The notes under the pieces: model-generated
What the model saw: the letters and a program-made list of their open reading frames with translations, nothing else
What the model was told of the DNA's origin: nothing
Database searches by the model: none
Part shown: one piece after another, positions 54,783-64,000 of the stretch
How positions within the stretch are numbered: position 1 is the first letter of the stretch
How the letters are laid out: each line of letters starts with the position of its first letter
Made by a program: the position numbers and the translations under genes
Source of the DNA: a virus
Length of the DNA: 64,000 nt
IMG/VR virus record: IMGVR_UViG_3300042898_006156
Span: 1 to 64,000 of that record
Direction: 5' to 3' (one strand)

Positions 54783-55906
54783 ATAGACAAATAAAATCAA
54801 TTCGAATTCAAGACTTTCAAAATCACCAAGATACTTTCTTTGAATTAAAACCTGGTCTGAATATAATCACAGGCAGTTCTGATAATGGTAAGTCAGCAAT
54901 TTCAAGAAGTTTACACCTTGCTTTTTTAGACTCTTTCAGAAAATACGATGTTAGAGAAGGTCAGAAAAATGCAAAAGTGTCAATTACATACAATAATGGT
55001 GATTGGTATTCTCGTACAAAAGGCGATACGAATGAAATAGAATATCAAAGAGAAGGCCAAGAAAAAGTAAAGCACTCTAGATTTTCAAAAAATATTCCAA
55101 CTGATGTTACAGAATTTCTTGGTCATATCCCTAAGACTTTATCTGGCGCACTTCCTTTAGCTAACCAAGAAGAAAAGTTTTTTCTTGTAACCTTAACCGA
55201 CGAAGCATTACCTAAAGAAATATCACGTTTGCTTGGAATTGATGACTTAGAAGAAGCTGCTTCATTACTTGGATCTGATGTCAATAAGATTTCAGGAGAT
55301 ATCAAGAAAGTAGTTTGTGAAATTGAAAGCACTAAAGAAAAACTTGAACCGTATGAAAATCTTGATCAAAAGATTAAAAACTTAAATGAATTCAAGGAAA
55401 TGATTGCGGAATACGAAGCACTTGAAAAAGAAATTAAAGACATAAACGATCTTTGTGCTGAGTATCAAAAGATTGGCAAGCAATATGCTGATTGCAAGGC
55501 TGAAAAAGAAAAATCTGAAAAATTATTCCAATTTCTTTCTGATAATATTCCTGTATTAGAAAAGCAATTTAATGAAATTTCTGATGGTCTTATTTTAAAT
55601 GAGAACATCCTTAAAACACGGGAACAATTCAAAATCACAAAAGAAAAATACAACGTCTTTTATGAAATTGCTGAAGGTGTAATAGGCACTCTAATTTCAG
55701 GATGTGTAAATGAACATACAATCCTAGATGAAATAATCAATCTTGATGATGATTTTAATGAAATTTCTTTGGATATTGATACAAAAAACAATGCAATTCA
55801 AAGTCAAAATAATATCATTGAAGATTGCGATACAAATATCAAAGAACTTGAGCAATACTTGAAAGATAATTTTGAAGTTTGTGATGTTTGTGGAAACGTA
55901 AAATGA
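54779..55906 (+). CDS. sbcC: SbcC/Rad50-like ATPase, N-terminal half
   Basis: IQDFQNH, Walker A GSSDNGKS, Q-loop NQEEKFF, coiled coil, ends at zinc hook CDVCG. Confidence 0.85.
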   Translation: MNRQIKSIRIQDFQNHQDTFFELKPGLNIITGSSDNGKSAISRSLHLAFLDSFRKYDVREGQKNAKVSITYNNGDWYSRTKGDTNEIEYQREGQEKVKHSRFSKNIPTDVTEFLGHIPKTLSGALPLANQEEKFFLVTLTDEALPKEISRLLGIDDLEEAASLLGSDVNKISGDIKKVVCEIESTKEKLEPYENLDQKIKNLNEFKEMIAEYEALEKEIKDINDLCAEYQKIGKQYADCKAEKEKSEKLFQFLSDNIPVLEKQFNEISDGLILNENILKTREQFKITKEKYNVFYEIAEGVIGTLISGCVNEHTILDEIINLDDDFNEISLDIDTKNNAIQSQNNIIEDCDTNIKELEQYLKDNFEVCDVCGNVK

Positions 55907-56889
55907 ATAACCTTATCAAACAAAATAAAGTGATGTTTGTAGGTGATATCCACTTGATGGATAAGCAACCTAAAAACAGACTTGATGATTATAGTTTGGC
56001 AATTAGAACCAAACTCATTGAATGCTTTACAGTTGCTGAAGAAAAGAAAGTTGACGCTGTAGTCCTTCTTGGTGATTTATTCGAAGTTTATGAAGTTGGC
56101 CCACTTCTTCGTAATCAAACTTTAGATATTCTTAAAGGTGGTCCTAATGGCAACAAACCTTGGTCATTTCCTATCTATGTTTGTGTAGGAAACCACGATC
56201 TTGATAGTTCATCTAATCTTGAAAAAACAGCCCTTGGAACTCTTATTTCTGCTGGTTATTTGATCAAAACAGACTACGAACCAACATTAGGAATTTCATT
56301 CGCTCATTATCATCCTTCATTAGATAGAGATATTAAGGCTGGACACTTAACTACTTCACCAGCAATTATCTGGGTTTGTCACGCTTCTATTTCAAATAAA
56401 CTTGATCGCTTTGGAGAATATACTTTTCTTTTTGAAGACACTCCATTGCATCCTAATACTTCTTTGGTTATTTCAGGGCATATTCACCACGAAATGAAGC
56501 AAACTAGAAGTGATGGTAAGCGTTTTATCAACCCAGGTGCAATTAGTCGTTATTCTGCATCAAGAGACAATTTAGAGAAAGATATTGAAATTCTTATCCT
56601 AGATTACACTCTTGATGGTGAAATTCTCAATGAAGAATATCTCAAGCTTAAATCTGCAAAGCCAGCTAGTGAAGTTTTCAAGTTAGATGAAATAAAGGCT
56701 GCTAAAGATTTGAAAAAAGATACTTTAGAATTTAAGATAAAAGTTGCCCAAATGAGAACTCACACTTGGCAATTTACATCTTTGGATGATAAACTAGCTG
56801 CTTTAAAGGTAATGGCAGAACAATCAGAAATTGGTGAAGAAATTACTAACATTGTTGTAGATGCTGTTAAAAAGGTAAATGAAAAATGA
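55903..56889 (+). CDS. sbcD: SbcD/Mre11-like nuclease (metallophosphoesterase)
   Basis: GDIH, GDLF, GNHD, SGHIH, NPGAI. Confidence 0.9.
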   Translation: MNNLIKQNKVMFVGDIHLMDKQPKNRLDDYSLAIRTKLIECFTVAEEKKVDAVVLLGDLFEVYEVGPLLRNQTLDILKGGPNGNKPWSFPIYVCVGNHDLDSSSNLEKTALGTLISAGYLIKTDYEPTLGISFAHYHPSLDRDIKAGHLTTSPAIIWVCHASISNKLDRFGEYTFLFEDTPLHPNTSLVISGHIHHEMKQTRSDGKRFINPGAISRYSASRDNLEKDIEILILDYTLDGEILNEEYLKLKSAKPASEVFKLDEIKAAKDLKKDTLEFKIKVAQMRTHTWQFTSLDDKLAALKVMAEQSEIGEEITNIVVDAVKKVNEK

Positions 56890-57140
56890 CCGCTCAAGAA
56901 ATTTTAGATCAAATCGAATCATACAAGAACAAGAAAGGTAAAGCAGAAGGCAGAGTTCAAACCTTGACTGAACAACTTGATGCTTTAGAAGTTGACTTTC
57001 AAACACTTGTAGATACCTGTGAAGAGAAGTTTGGTTGTAAGCCAAAAGATCTTAAAAAACTTATGGCTACGAAACAATCTGAATTAGAAGCTAAACTTCA
57101 AGAAATTGAAGAGAAACTCCAAGAGCTCACAGGAGAATAA
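56886..57140 (+). CDS. coiled-coil protein, candidate missing SbcC arm segment
   Basis: Heptad pattern; lies between sbcD and sbcC-C. Confidence 0.7.
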   Translation: MTAQEILDQIESYKNKKGKAEGRVQTLTEQLDALEVDFQTLVDTCEEKFGCKPKDLKKLMATKQSELEAKLQEIEEKLQELTGE

Positions 57141-57142
57141 TC

Positions 57143-57856
57143 TTGGACTTATTAGAAATCAAGAAAGAGTGCAACAAAATTGAAAGAAACTTGATTGCAC
57201 TCGAAATTGAAAGAAACGCCCTTGCAGCCCTTTTAGAAGAACAAGAACTTAAATTGCTAGAACTTGAAACTAAAAAAGATCATAATAAAAAGGGGCAGAT
57301 ATTTTTACGTATGAAAGCTGCTGACACTAGAGTTCAAGCCCTTGCATCTATTGAAGAAATCGTCACCGCAGCATTAAAAGAAATGTATGGTGAAGACTAT
57401 GTATTCTCTTTGGAATTGAAAGAAGTAAGTAGCAAAGAAGGCGAAAACACTGGTCTATTTACTATCTTACCTTGTGTTGAGAAATTGCATGATGGCAAAA
57501 GATCTAAGCGCCCAATCAAGGGTTCTAATGGTGGAGGCTTGATGGAGATTGTTAGTGTCCTCTTGCGTTTTGCATTTGGAACCTACAACAACTATGATAG
57601 TGTTTACGTACTTGATGAAGCATTCTCTGCTGTTTCTAAAGATGGAATAATGGGACAATTGCTCATATTTTTAGACAGATATATTGCCGAATTAGGATTG
57701 CAAGTGATATTAATTACCCATTCTGCTGAAAGTTTTTCTCAAATTTCTGCACAGAATTATCTTGTTTATAAAGAGGATGGTATTGCTAAGATCAAACTTG
57801 CATCTAGAGATGATATCCTTGAAATGCAAAGTTTGGCTATAAGCGCAAAAAAATGA
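57143..57856 (+). CDS. sbcC: SbcC/Rad50-like ATPase, C-terminal half
   Basis: Coiled coil, signature-like SNGGG, Walker B YVLDEAF, H-loop LITH; TTG start with AGGAG SD. Confidence 0.85.
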   Translation: MDLLEIKKECNKIERNLIALEIERNALAALLEEQELKLLELETKKDHNKKGQIFLRMKAADTRVQALASIEEIVTAALKEMYGEDYVFSLELKEVSSKEGENTGLFTILPCVEKLHDGKRSKRPIKGSNGGGLMEIVSVLLRFAFGTYNNYDSVYVLDEAFSAVSKDGIMGQLLIFLDRYIAELGLQVILITHSAESFSQISAQNYLVYKEDGIAKIKLASRDDILEMQSLAISAKK

Positions 57857-58695
57857 AAACAGTAAAAGATCCCACTTATGATTTCGTAAAAGGTATTTAT
57901 ATGCAACACGTTCCTCTACAATCTGAATTGGTCAACCCATTTCAAGCTAATAAACGTCAGCGTAAAAAGCCTGTAGTTAAGACACTCAAAGAAGCACCTG
58001 AAGATCTTAAGGATTGGACTGCCAAGCACTTCACTGACTATTTTTTAAATGAATACAAGAAAGCATTTGATGGGGTCTATCGAGTCACTTACACATCTGA
58101 CAATAAAATCATCAACATAATTGCTGATTTTATGGAAGACAATAAGTTAGACAAGAATGAATGGACCAAGAAATTTATTGATTGGTGCTTCACAAACAAG
58201 ACTGTGATTATGCAAAGGTCAGGACATTTCTTACTTATGGAATTTCCTCACTATTTGAATCGTTATTATCAAGACATAATCAACACAAGTAGTACCACTC
58301 CTCTTATTGATATCTATGATGAAGTAAAGAATTTGGCAAAGCTTGGTAGGTCCAAAGAATTGTTTTCAAAGTTTGGAATTCCTATTGTTTGCTCTTACTA
58401 CGCTAATACACAAAATATTAGCAAAGAAGATTTTACCTCTGGCTTGAATCAACTTTTCTTGACACTCTCTAAAGGTAATGCTGAAGAAAAGAAACTGATT
58501 GCTGATACTTTCCAAAAATCTGTTTCTAGATCACCATATCTTCCTGAATTTGAAATGCTTGATTGGCGTGAAATTTTTATTAAATACACTGCTAAATACA
58601 AGGAAGAAACCTGGTGGAGAGATGAAGATTATCCAGGTAATCCAAGATTTCAATTCGATAAGTTTATAAATGGACAGCAATCAAACAATAGATGA
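57853..58695 (+). CDS. hypothetical protein in replication operon
   Basis: 280 aa, overlaps both neighbours. Confidence 0.75.
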   Translation: MKTVKDPTYDFVKGIYMQHVPLQSELVNPFQANKRQRKKPVVKTLKEAPEDLKDWTAKHFTDYFLNEYKKAFDGVYRVTYTSDNKIINIIADFMEDNKLDKNEWTKKFIDWCFTNKTVIMQRSGHFLLMEFPHYLNRYYQDIINTSSTTPLIDIYDEVKNLAKLGRSKELFSKFGIPIVCSYYANTQNISKEDFTSGLNQLFLTLSKGNAEEKKLIADTFQKSVSRSPYLPEFEMLDWREIFIKYTAKYKEETWWRDEDYPGNPRFQFDKFINGQQSNNR

Positions 58696-60274
58696 AATTG
58701 AGCTGCTAATAAGATCTAAAAGAACTGTCTTATATTTAGTATCTCAAGAAGAAAATAGAGTAATATCAGCTTTGGAAAATTTATGTTCCAAAGCTGATAC
58801 TTCTTGGGATCTCGTAAAATGGGATATTGTTTCTGGACTTCATTCAACTTTCCCAGAATTTTTACCCGCAAAAGCTTCTGATTGTGTACTAGATCAAGAA
58901 GAAGTATTGGGCTGGTTCAAAAAACTTATAGTACCAAAGAATAAATTTTGTATACTGGTACTTAAAGATTACAACAAATTTTTTGGTTCTGGAAACTATC
59001 GTGGACAAGTTGAAATAAAAGTTGTCCGCCAATTGAAAAACTTAAGCTTTGATTTTTCCACAGAGAACAAAGCAATAATTATTCTTTCTTCAATACTAGA
59101 ATTACCAACAGATCTAGAAAAGTCTGTTCCTGTAATTGATTTCCCACTTCCTAGTAAAGATGAAATAACAGAAAAAATTACATATCTTTTAGAAAAAGCA
59201 TCTAAAAGACCTGACCTTGCTGCTAAATTTCAAACATCATACATCAAAGAAGAATTAGACAATGTAGTCAATTGTTTCAGAGGTTTGACCATATCTGAAT
59301 GTGAGCAAGTTTGTACATATTGTATGATCAAGCACACTTCTTTATTACCAGAATCAATTATCCAACAAAAGAAAGATATTATCCGTAAGTCAGGTTTATT
59401 AGATTGGATTGATGATCCCACTGATATGAATAGTATTGGTGGTTTGTCAGGTTTAAAATCTTGGCTTGAAAAACGTAAAGATGCTTTTTCATTAGAAGCA
59501 TTGGACTATGGATTGCCAGCAAATCCTAAAGGCATATTACTTGTAGGTATTCAAGGTGCTGGCAAATCATTATTCGCCAAAGCAATATCATCATTCTGGA
59601 ATTTCCCCTTATTAAGACTTGATATGGGCAAAGTATTTTCTGGTCTTGTTGGAAGTTCTGAACAAAATATGCGACAGGTTTTCAAAGTGGCTGAATCTGT
59701 TGCCCCCTGTATTCTTTGGTGTGATGAAATTGATAAGGGTATGTCTGGATCAAAAGCATCTAGCACAACTGATGGCGGTACAACTTCAAGAGTTTTGGGT
59801 TCTTGGCTCACATGGATGCAGGATAGAAAATCTCCAGTATTTGTTGTTGCTACTGCCAATGATGTTTCTTCCTTACCGCCAGAATTATTAAGAAAAGGTA
59901 GATTTGATGAGATTTTCTTTGTAGATCTTCCTAAATTACTGGAAAGAAAAACTATATTTAAAATCCACCTTGAAAAAAGAAACAGAAATCCTAAGAATTT
60001 TAATTTGGAATTATTAGCAGATTTATCTGAAAGTTTTACTGGAGCTGAAATCGAAGCAGCCATAGAAGCAGCATTATATGAAGCATTTAGTGATAACAAA
60101 AGAGAAATTATTACATCCGATATAGCAGACGCAATTAAAGATTCCGTTCCCATTTCTAAATTGATGAAAGAAGAGATACAATACTTGAGATCTTGGGCTA
60201 GTGAAAGAGCACGAAATGCATCCAGTAGCAATTCTGAAATTAAGAGATACAATGGGAACGAGGATGATTTGTAA
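58670..60274 (+). CDS. Ycf46/SpoVK-type AAA+ ATPase
   Basis: EENRV, degenerate first AAA; IGGL..LK, GIQGAGKS, WCDEIDK, ATAN, LLRKGRFDEIFFVDLP. Confidence 0.92.
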   Translation: MDSNQTIDEIELLIRSKRTVLYLVSQEENRVISALENLCSKADTSWDLVKWDIVSGLHSTFPEFLPAKASDCVLDQEEVLGWFKKLIVPKNKFCILVLKDYNKFFGSGNYRGQVEIKVVRQLKNLSFDFSTENKAIIILSSILELPTDLEKSVPVIDFPLPSKDEITEKITYLLEKASKRPDLAAKFQTSYIKEELDNVVNCFRGLTISECEQVCTYCMIKHTSLLPESIIQQKKDIIRKSGLLDWIDDPTDMNSIGGLSGLKSWLEKRKDAFSLEALDYGLPANPKGILLVGIQGAGKSLFAKAISSFWNFPLLRLDMGKVFSGLVGSSEQNMRQVFKVAESVAPCILWCDEIDKGMSGSKASSTTDGGTTSRVLGSWLTWMQDRKSPVFVVATANDVSSLPPELLRKGRFDEIFFVDLPKLLERKTIFKIHLEKRNRNPKNFNLELLADLSESFTGAEIEAAIEAALYEAFSDNKREIITSDIADAIKDSVPISKLMKEEIQYLRSWASERARNASSSNSEIKRYNGNEDDL

Positions 60275-61071
60275 TGGCTGAACCTAATTTTGAAGATATA
60301 TTGGGTCTAAATGATTTAAAAGAAAACTTACAAAATAGCGCTAGAAACCTTAGAATGAATAAAGGTATTGGCTGTGCTCTTTGTGATTATTTTGGTTACA
60401 CTACAAATTACAAGGGTAAATCTGTAATGTGTTCTTGTGAGAAAGAAAAATTTCTCCGAGAATTATATGTCAAGGCCAATGTTCCAAGAGTTTATATTGG
60501 TAAAAGCTTGGATGATTGGAACATTCGTGCAGACGCTCATGGAAGAGATCTTGGCCAAGAATCTAAAACTAGTGAACGAGTATTACTTTTACTAAAGTAT
60601 TTTGAGAAGTTTTTGATTGATATTGTCAATAATGATCCTCCAAATATTCGTCATACCGGAAACATCAGGACACCACTTACTTCAATTATTTTTGATGGCA
60701 AGAATGGTAGTGGCAAAACATTCATAGGTGCTGTTTTAGTTCAATCTGCTATCAAAAAAGGCTTGTCTTCCAAGTATTATGATTGGACTGAAATTATAAG
60801 CATCTTAAGTGATTTTGATAAAAAAGATGAATTTGACAAGATGAACGAAGAATTCAAAAATCTTGATTTTATCGTTATTGATGGTATTGAACAATACAAG
60901 CAAACCCACCCTCAATTCCCACAAAATTTGGATAGACTATCAAAATCGAGAGTAAATTCTGGTAAACCTTTTATTTTATTGACGTATGGAACTTCAAACA
61001 TCTCAACAGGATCAGGATGGAATTCTTTACTTCGCAGTTGTATTACGATAAGGTTGCCTTACGCAAGATGA
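60274..61071 (+). CDS. DnaC/IstB-like helicase loader
   Basis: CALC...CSC Zn motif; GKNGSGKT; FIVIDGI; precedes the helicase. Confidence 0.75.
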   Translation: MAEPNFEDILGLNDLKENLQNSARNLRMNKGIGCALCDYFGYTTNYKGKSVMCSCEKEKFLRELYVKANVPRVYIGKSLDDWNIRADAHGRDLGQESKTSERVLLLLKYFEKFLIDIVNNDPPNIRHTGNIRTPLTSIIFDGKNGSGKTFIGAVLVQSAIKKGLSSKYYDWTEIISILSDFDKKDEFDKMNEEFKNLDFIVIDGIEQYKQTHPQFPQNLDRLSKSRVNSGKPFILLTYGTSNISTGSGWNSLLRSCITIRLPYAR

Positions 61072-62666
61072 AATTAGATCAACGTTCATTAGAAATTATG
61101 TTTTTATCATCCATCACTAAAAGTACAAAGTGTATGGATAAGGCTCTTGCACGTCAAATTACAAAAGATCATTTCGTTCACATAGAGCCTAGCGACACTT
61201 CTTCTTACACCCAGAAAATGTACGATTTTATAATGAAGTACTGGGAAAGAAGTGGTGGAAGTTTGCTCACTGGCTTTGTTCTTGAATCTTCTTTAAATGA
61301 AAGCAATATTAAAGATTACACTCGTAGAAAATATATTTCTTTATGGGATGAGATTGAGAATTTTGATTTTGATGAGAATGATTTTCATGAGGTTACTAGT
61401 TTATTAAAGAAAAATAAGGGTCTGCGTACACTTACTAAAACTTTTGAATCTTCCAATTCTTTTCTTGCTAATGGCGATCTTTCTAAAACTGTAGAAGCTA
61501 TTCAAAAAGATCTTGATGATATACAAGATGAACTTTCTGAAAAATTTTCAGAGATTCAGAACTTTGATGTTTCTAATAGCGCTGATTTTTTCAAGAAAGA
61601 ATATGAAAAGCGTCTTACACAGCCTGAATTATTTAAAGGTATTGAGTGTGGGATAAGCAACATTGACTCTAAAACTTTTGGATGGATGCCTGGACAAATT
61701 ATTGTTTTTCTAGCTCCTTCTTCTGGTGGTAAGAGTGTAATGCTCTTAAACTCTGCTCTTCATGCTAATAAAGTTGGCAAGAAGAAAGTTTTGTATCTCT
61801 CTTTTGAAATGAACTCTTGGCTTTGTTTGCTTCGCCATGTTTCATTAAATTTCGAAATTCCTTATGATCAAATCAAAGGCACAGATCTTTCTCCTGATGA
61901 AATGAAGACAATTTATGATGGATTAAAAACACAAGAGAATGGTCCATATTTTGAATATGATGTCAATATGGAAGATCCTACGCCAGAGTATATTGATCAG
62001 AAAATTAGAGAGTTGATTAACACTAAAGGCAAGCCAGATCTTCTTGTTGTTGACTATATCGGAAATATGACTGTACGTAAGGCAGTTAATGGAGCAAAAG
62101 ATTGGGAAAATCAATCTCAAGCAGTTAAGGGATTATTCTTACTAGCTAAAAGATATAACATTCCAGTGCTTACTGCTCAACAGATTAATCGGGATACAAT
62201 TAGAGATTCTCGTAAGTCTAAAGATGAGAAGAAATTCATGTCTTATGATCAGGCTGCAGCATCTGGAGGTCAAAACCTTATGCACCTTTGTACCTATGCT
62301 ATTGCCATGGAACCTAATCGTGAGCACGGATATTGCATTCTTCATCCTGTAAAAATGCGTGATGCTTGGTTTAATCCATTTCCTATTCGTATGAACAGAG
62401 AATATAACAAAGTCACTGAATTAGATGAAGAAGAGCAACAACAGATATTAGCATTGCACGGTGTTGCAACTGGTAATACAGTTGTCAAGGAAGTTCCCAA
62501 AACAGATCGCCCAGATGGCAAAACTCCTATAAGACGACCTACTATTATTTCAAATGATGGCACTGTTGTTGATAATGTGCTTGAACTAGATGAAGAAGAA
62601 TTTGTACCTTTGAATCTTGATGATAATAGAGAACTTTCAGTGCCAGACTGGATGATTTATGAATAA
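61068..62666 (+). CDS. dnaB: DnaB-like replicative helicase
   Basis: APSSGGKS, YLSFEM, VVDYIG, TAQQINR, K.R finger; start moved to 61068. Confidence 0.9.
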   Translation: MKLDQRSLEIMFLSSITKSTKCMDKALARQITKDHFVHIEPSDTSSYTQKMYDFIMKYWERSGGSLLTGFVLESSLNESNIKDYTRRKYISLWDEIENFDFDENDFHEVTSLLKKNKGLRTLTKTFESSNSFLANGDLSKTVEAIQKDLDDIQDELSEKFSEIQNFDVSNSADFFKKEYEKRLTQPELFKGIECGISNIDSKTFGWMPGQIIVFLAPSSGGKSVMLLNSALHANKVGKKKVLYLSFEMNSWLCLLRHVSLNFEIPYDQIKGTDLSPDEMKTIYDGLKTQENGPYFEYDVNMEDPTPEYIDQKIRELINTKGKPDLLVVDYIGNMTVRKAVNGAKDWENQSQAVKGLFLLAKRYNIPVLTAQQINRDTIRDSRKSKDEKKFMSYDQAAASGGQNLMHLCTYAIAMEPNREHGYCILHPVKMRDAWFNPFPIRMNREYNKVTELDEEEQQQILALHGVATGNTVVKEVPKTDRPDGKTPIRRPTIISNDGTVVDNVLELDEEEFVPLNLDDNRELSVPDWMIYE

Positions 62667-63291
62667 AGCTACAATCACACGTAATTTTATTGATAATTTA
62701 GTAAAATCGATTGATATCATGGAGTTTATGGAGTCTGAGTATGATTCTGACTTCATAATATCAAAACATACTGATTGGGCTAATACAAGATGTCCCATGC
62801 CAAATCACGATGATGGTAACCCTTCTTTTGGTGTCAATACCAAAACTAACACCTACAATTGTTTTGGCTGTGGTGCTACTGGAGACTTAATTCAACTTGT
62901 TCAGGATGTTGAAGGATTGAATTTTGTAGAAGCAATACATAAACTCTCTGTATTTGCTAAAATTGATGTCGAAACTGTTGATTTTGATGTCAAATATCTT
63001 ATGAGAGAAGTAAGCAATACAATCAAGAAATATCTAGAGAAAGAAAATAATGCTAGTAATTATCCTGGCGGTTTATCAGAGGTAGATTTCTTAATTTCTT
63101 TTTCTGAAAAGATTAAAAAATACGAACGGCTTAATAATTATAATCCTGAATTCATCACTTGGACTGATAGTGTTTATAAGCAGATAGATGAAGACTTACA
63201 CAAAGAAAACTTTAAGAATTTAAATATCTTATGGAAAAATTTTATCAAGAGTGCAAAAATAAAGATGGGAGAACTAAATGAACAGCATTGA
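62659..63291 (+). CDS. stand-alone CHC2 zinc-finger (primase zinc-binding domain)
   Basis: CPMPNHDDGNPSF...YNCFGCGATGDLI..V...EGL.F.EA; no TOPRIM motifs. Confidence 0.85.
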   Translation: MNKATITRNFIDNLVKSIDIMEFMESEYDSDFIISKHTDWANTRCPMPNHDDGNPSFGVNTKTNTYNCFGCGATGDLIQLVQDVEGLNFVEAIHKLSVFAKIDVETVDFDVKYLMREVSNTIKKYLEKENNASNYPGGLSEVDFLISFSEKIKKYERLNNYNPEFITWTDSVYKQIDEDLHKENFKNLNILWKNFIKSAKIKMGELNEQH

Positions 63292-63523
63292 AATTATTGA
63301 AAAACTAAAACAAACTTTTAATGATGCTCCTGATGAAATTCCAGTGAACATTCTTGTTAATGGGCATTTAGCTAATAAAATCTATTTTATTCATCAGCTA
63401 ATGTTGGCTGAAAATCCAGGATATACTGAAGAAGATGTTTACAAGTATATTTTCTGGTCTGGTTCAAATAAAATTTTAGAAGATCTAGCTAATAATGTCC
63501 AAAACGATTATCCTGAATCCTGA
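63278..63523 (+). CDS. hypothetical protein
   Basis: 81 aa; GGAG SD. Confidence 0.7.
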   Translation: MNSIEIIEKLKQTFNDAPDEIPVNILVNGHLANKIYFIHQLMLAENPGYTEEDVYKYIFWSGSNKILEDLANNVQNDYPES

Positions 63524-64000
63524 AGTTATAGCTCAAGTTTTAAAACACAACGAAGTGGATGTTTATATTCTTTGGGCTATCTCTAAATTGGTTGATGAGA
63601 ATAATTCAGGTATTGTTCCTATCGAAGAAATCATTAACATAGCTAAAATTGTATTTCAGTATTCCTCTACTTTTGTTTATGACAAAATCAAAAAAGGAAC
63701 AGATCTTTATTGGACAGCTCCTCACGGTAAATTTGGCAAAAAGAGTGTCTGTTTATTTTCTATCAACAAAATTATTAATCGCTTAAAGCCCGAAATCACA
63801 AGATCAAAACCTGTAGCTGTCCCATTATCGGCTCTTCAAAGTCAAAGCTCTAAATATGTCAAAGAACTTTTGATTTGTATTTTTGCTGCTAGATATGAAG
63901 ATGAAAGACCAGTAGCTATAGAAACTATTTCTATCTACACTGGGCAAAGTGAATCTACAGTGAGAAATGCCATAAAAAGCTGCAAATATATATCTTCAAG
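63495..64000 (+). CDS. partial protein with winged-HTH-like segment
   Basis: Hand translation open from ATG 63495 to the edge: MSKTIILNPEVIAQ...IETISIYTGQSESTVRNAIK. Confidence 0.7.
   Translation, partial: MSKTIILNPEVIAQVLKHNEVDVYILWAISKLVDENNSGIVPIEEIINIAKIVFQYSSTFVYDKIKKGTDLYWTAPHGKFGKKSVCLFSINKIINRLKPEITRSKPVAVPLSALQSQSSKYVKELLICIFAARYEDERPVAIETISIYTGQSESTVRNAIKSCKYISS

Noticed and set aside
54779-57856. sbcC pseudogene or intron-split gene
   Set aside because: Both halves keep their catalytic motifs and start signals, and the intervening DNA is fully coding (sbcD plus a small gene).
59551-60252. 233-aa minus-strand ORF and similar shadow ORFs (e.g. 53360-53767, 44594-45019, 42399-42782, 9805-10200)
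   Set aside because: Antisense or off-frame to longer or motif-bearing genes, with Ser/Leu/Phe-rich composition typical of shadows.
1-64000. Alternative genetic code (stop-codon reassignment seen in some huge phages)
   Set aside because: Long conserved genes are intact under the standard code, TAG and TGA both end genes at tight operon junctions, and no suppressor tRNA was seen.

Overview
AT-rich, densely coding segment (standard genetic code) of a large tailed dsDNA bacteriophage, probably a jumbo or huge phage. No ribosomal or cellular housekeeping operon is present. A DUF1559-type prepilin/H-X9-DG gene of the [24 protein letters not shown] style suggests an Armatimonadota-like host (inference). 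Layout: (i) 1-4340, an early-type module of small genes, each with its own sigma70 promoter (mostly leaderless) and separated by a 4-copy TTGACA+palindrome element; (ii) 4340-4860, a non-coding G-run/TTTTGCCC repeat island; (iii) 5850-52430, an accessory and virion region with five tRNAs, two free-standing endonucleases, a DNA methyltransferase, Fic, a DEDDh exonuclease, sugar enzymes, FN3 and GH5 proteins, a DUF2829/Tad2-like cluster and two tube-like paralogues; (iv) 54300-64000, a recombination/replication operon with split SbcC around SbcD, a Ycf46-type AAA ATPase, a DnaC-like loader, DnaB and a stand-alone primase zinc finger. The best candidate for an undescribed system is a set of about 15 mostly unrelated proteins, including an ADP-ribosyltransferase, a PcfJ-like protein and a PD-(D/E)XK nuclease. 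They share a portable ~30-aa module (IAxxLDxxGxYxxAD, N- or C-terminal) and/or a short M-W/F-Y/N...A leader bounded by Ala sites, consistent with a capsid-packaging and protease-maturation tag for injected effectors. Also notable are an unannotated 35-aa pilin-mimic peptide and antitoxin-like fragments. All family calls come from motif recognition by eye; no database searches were run.
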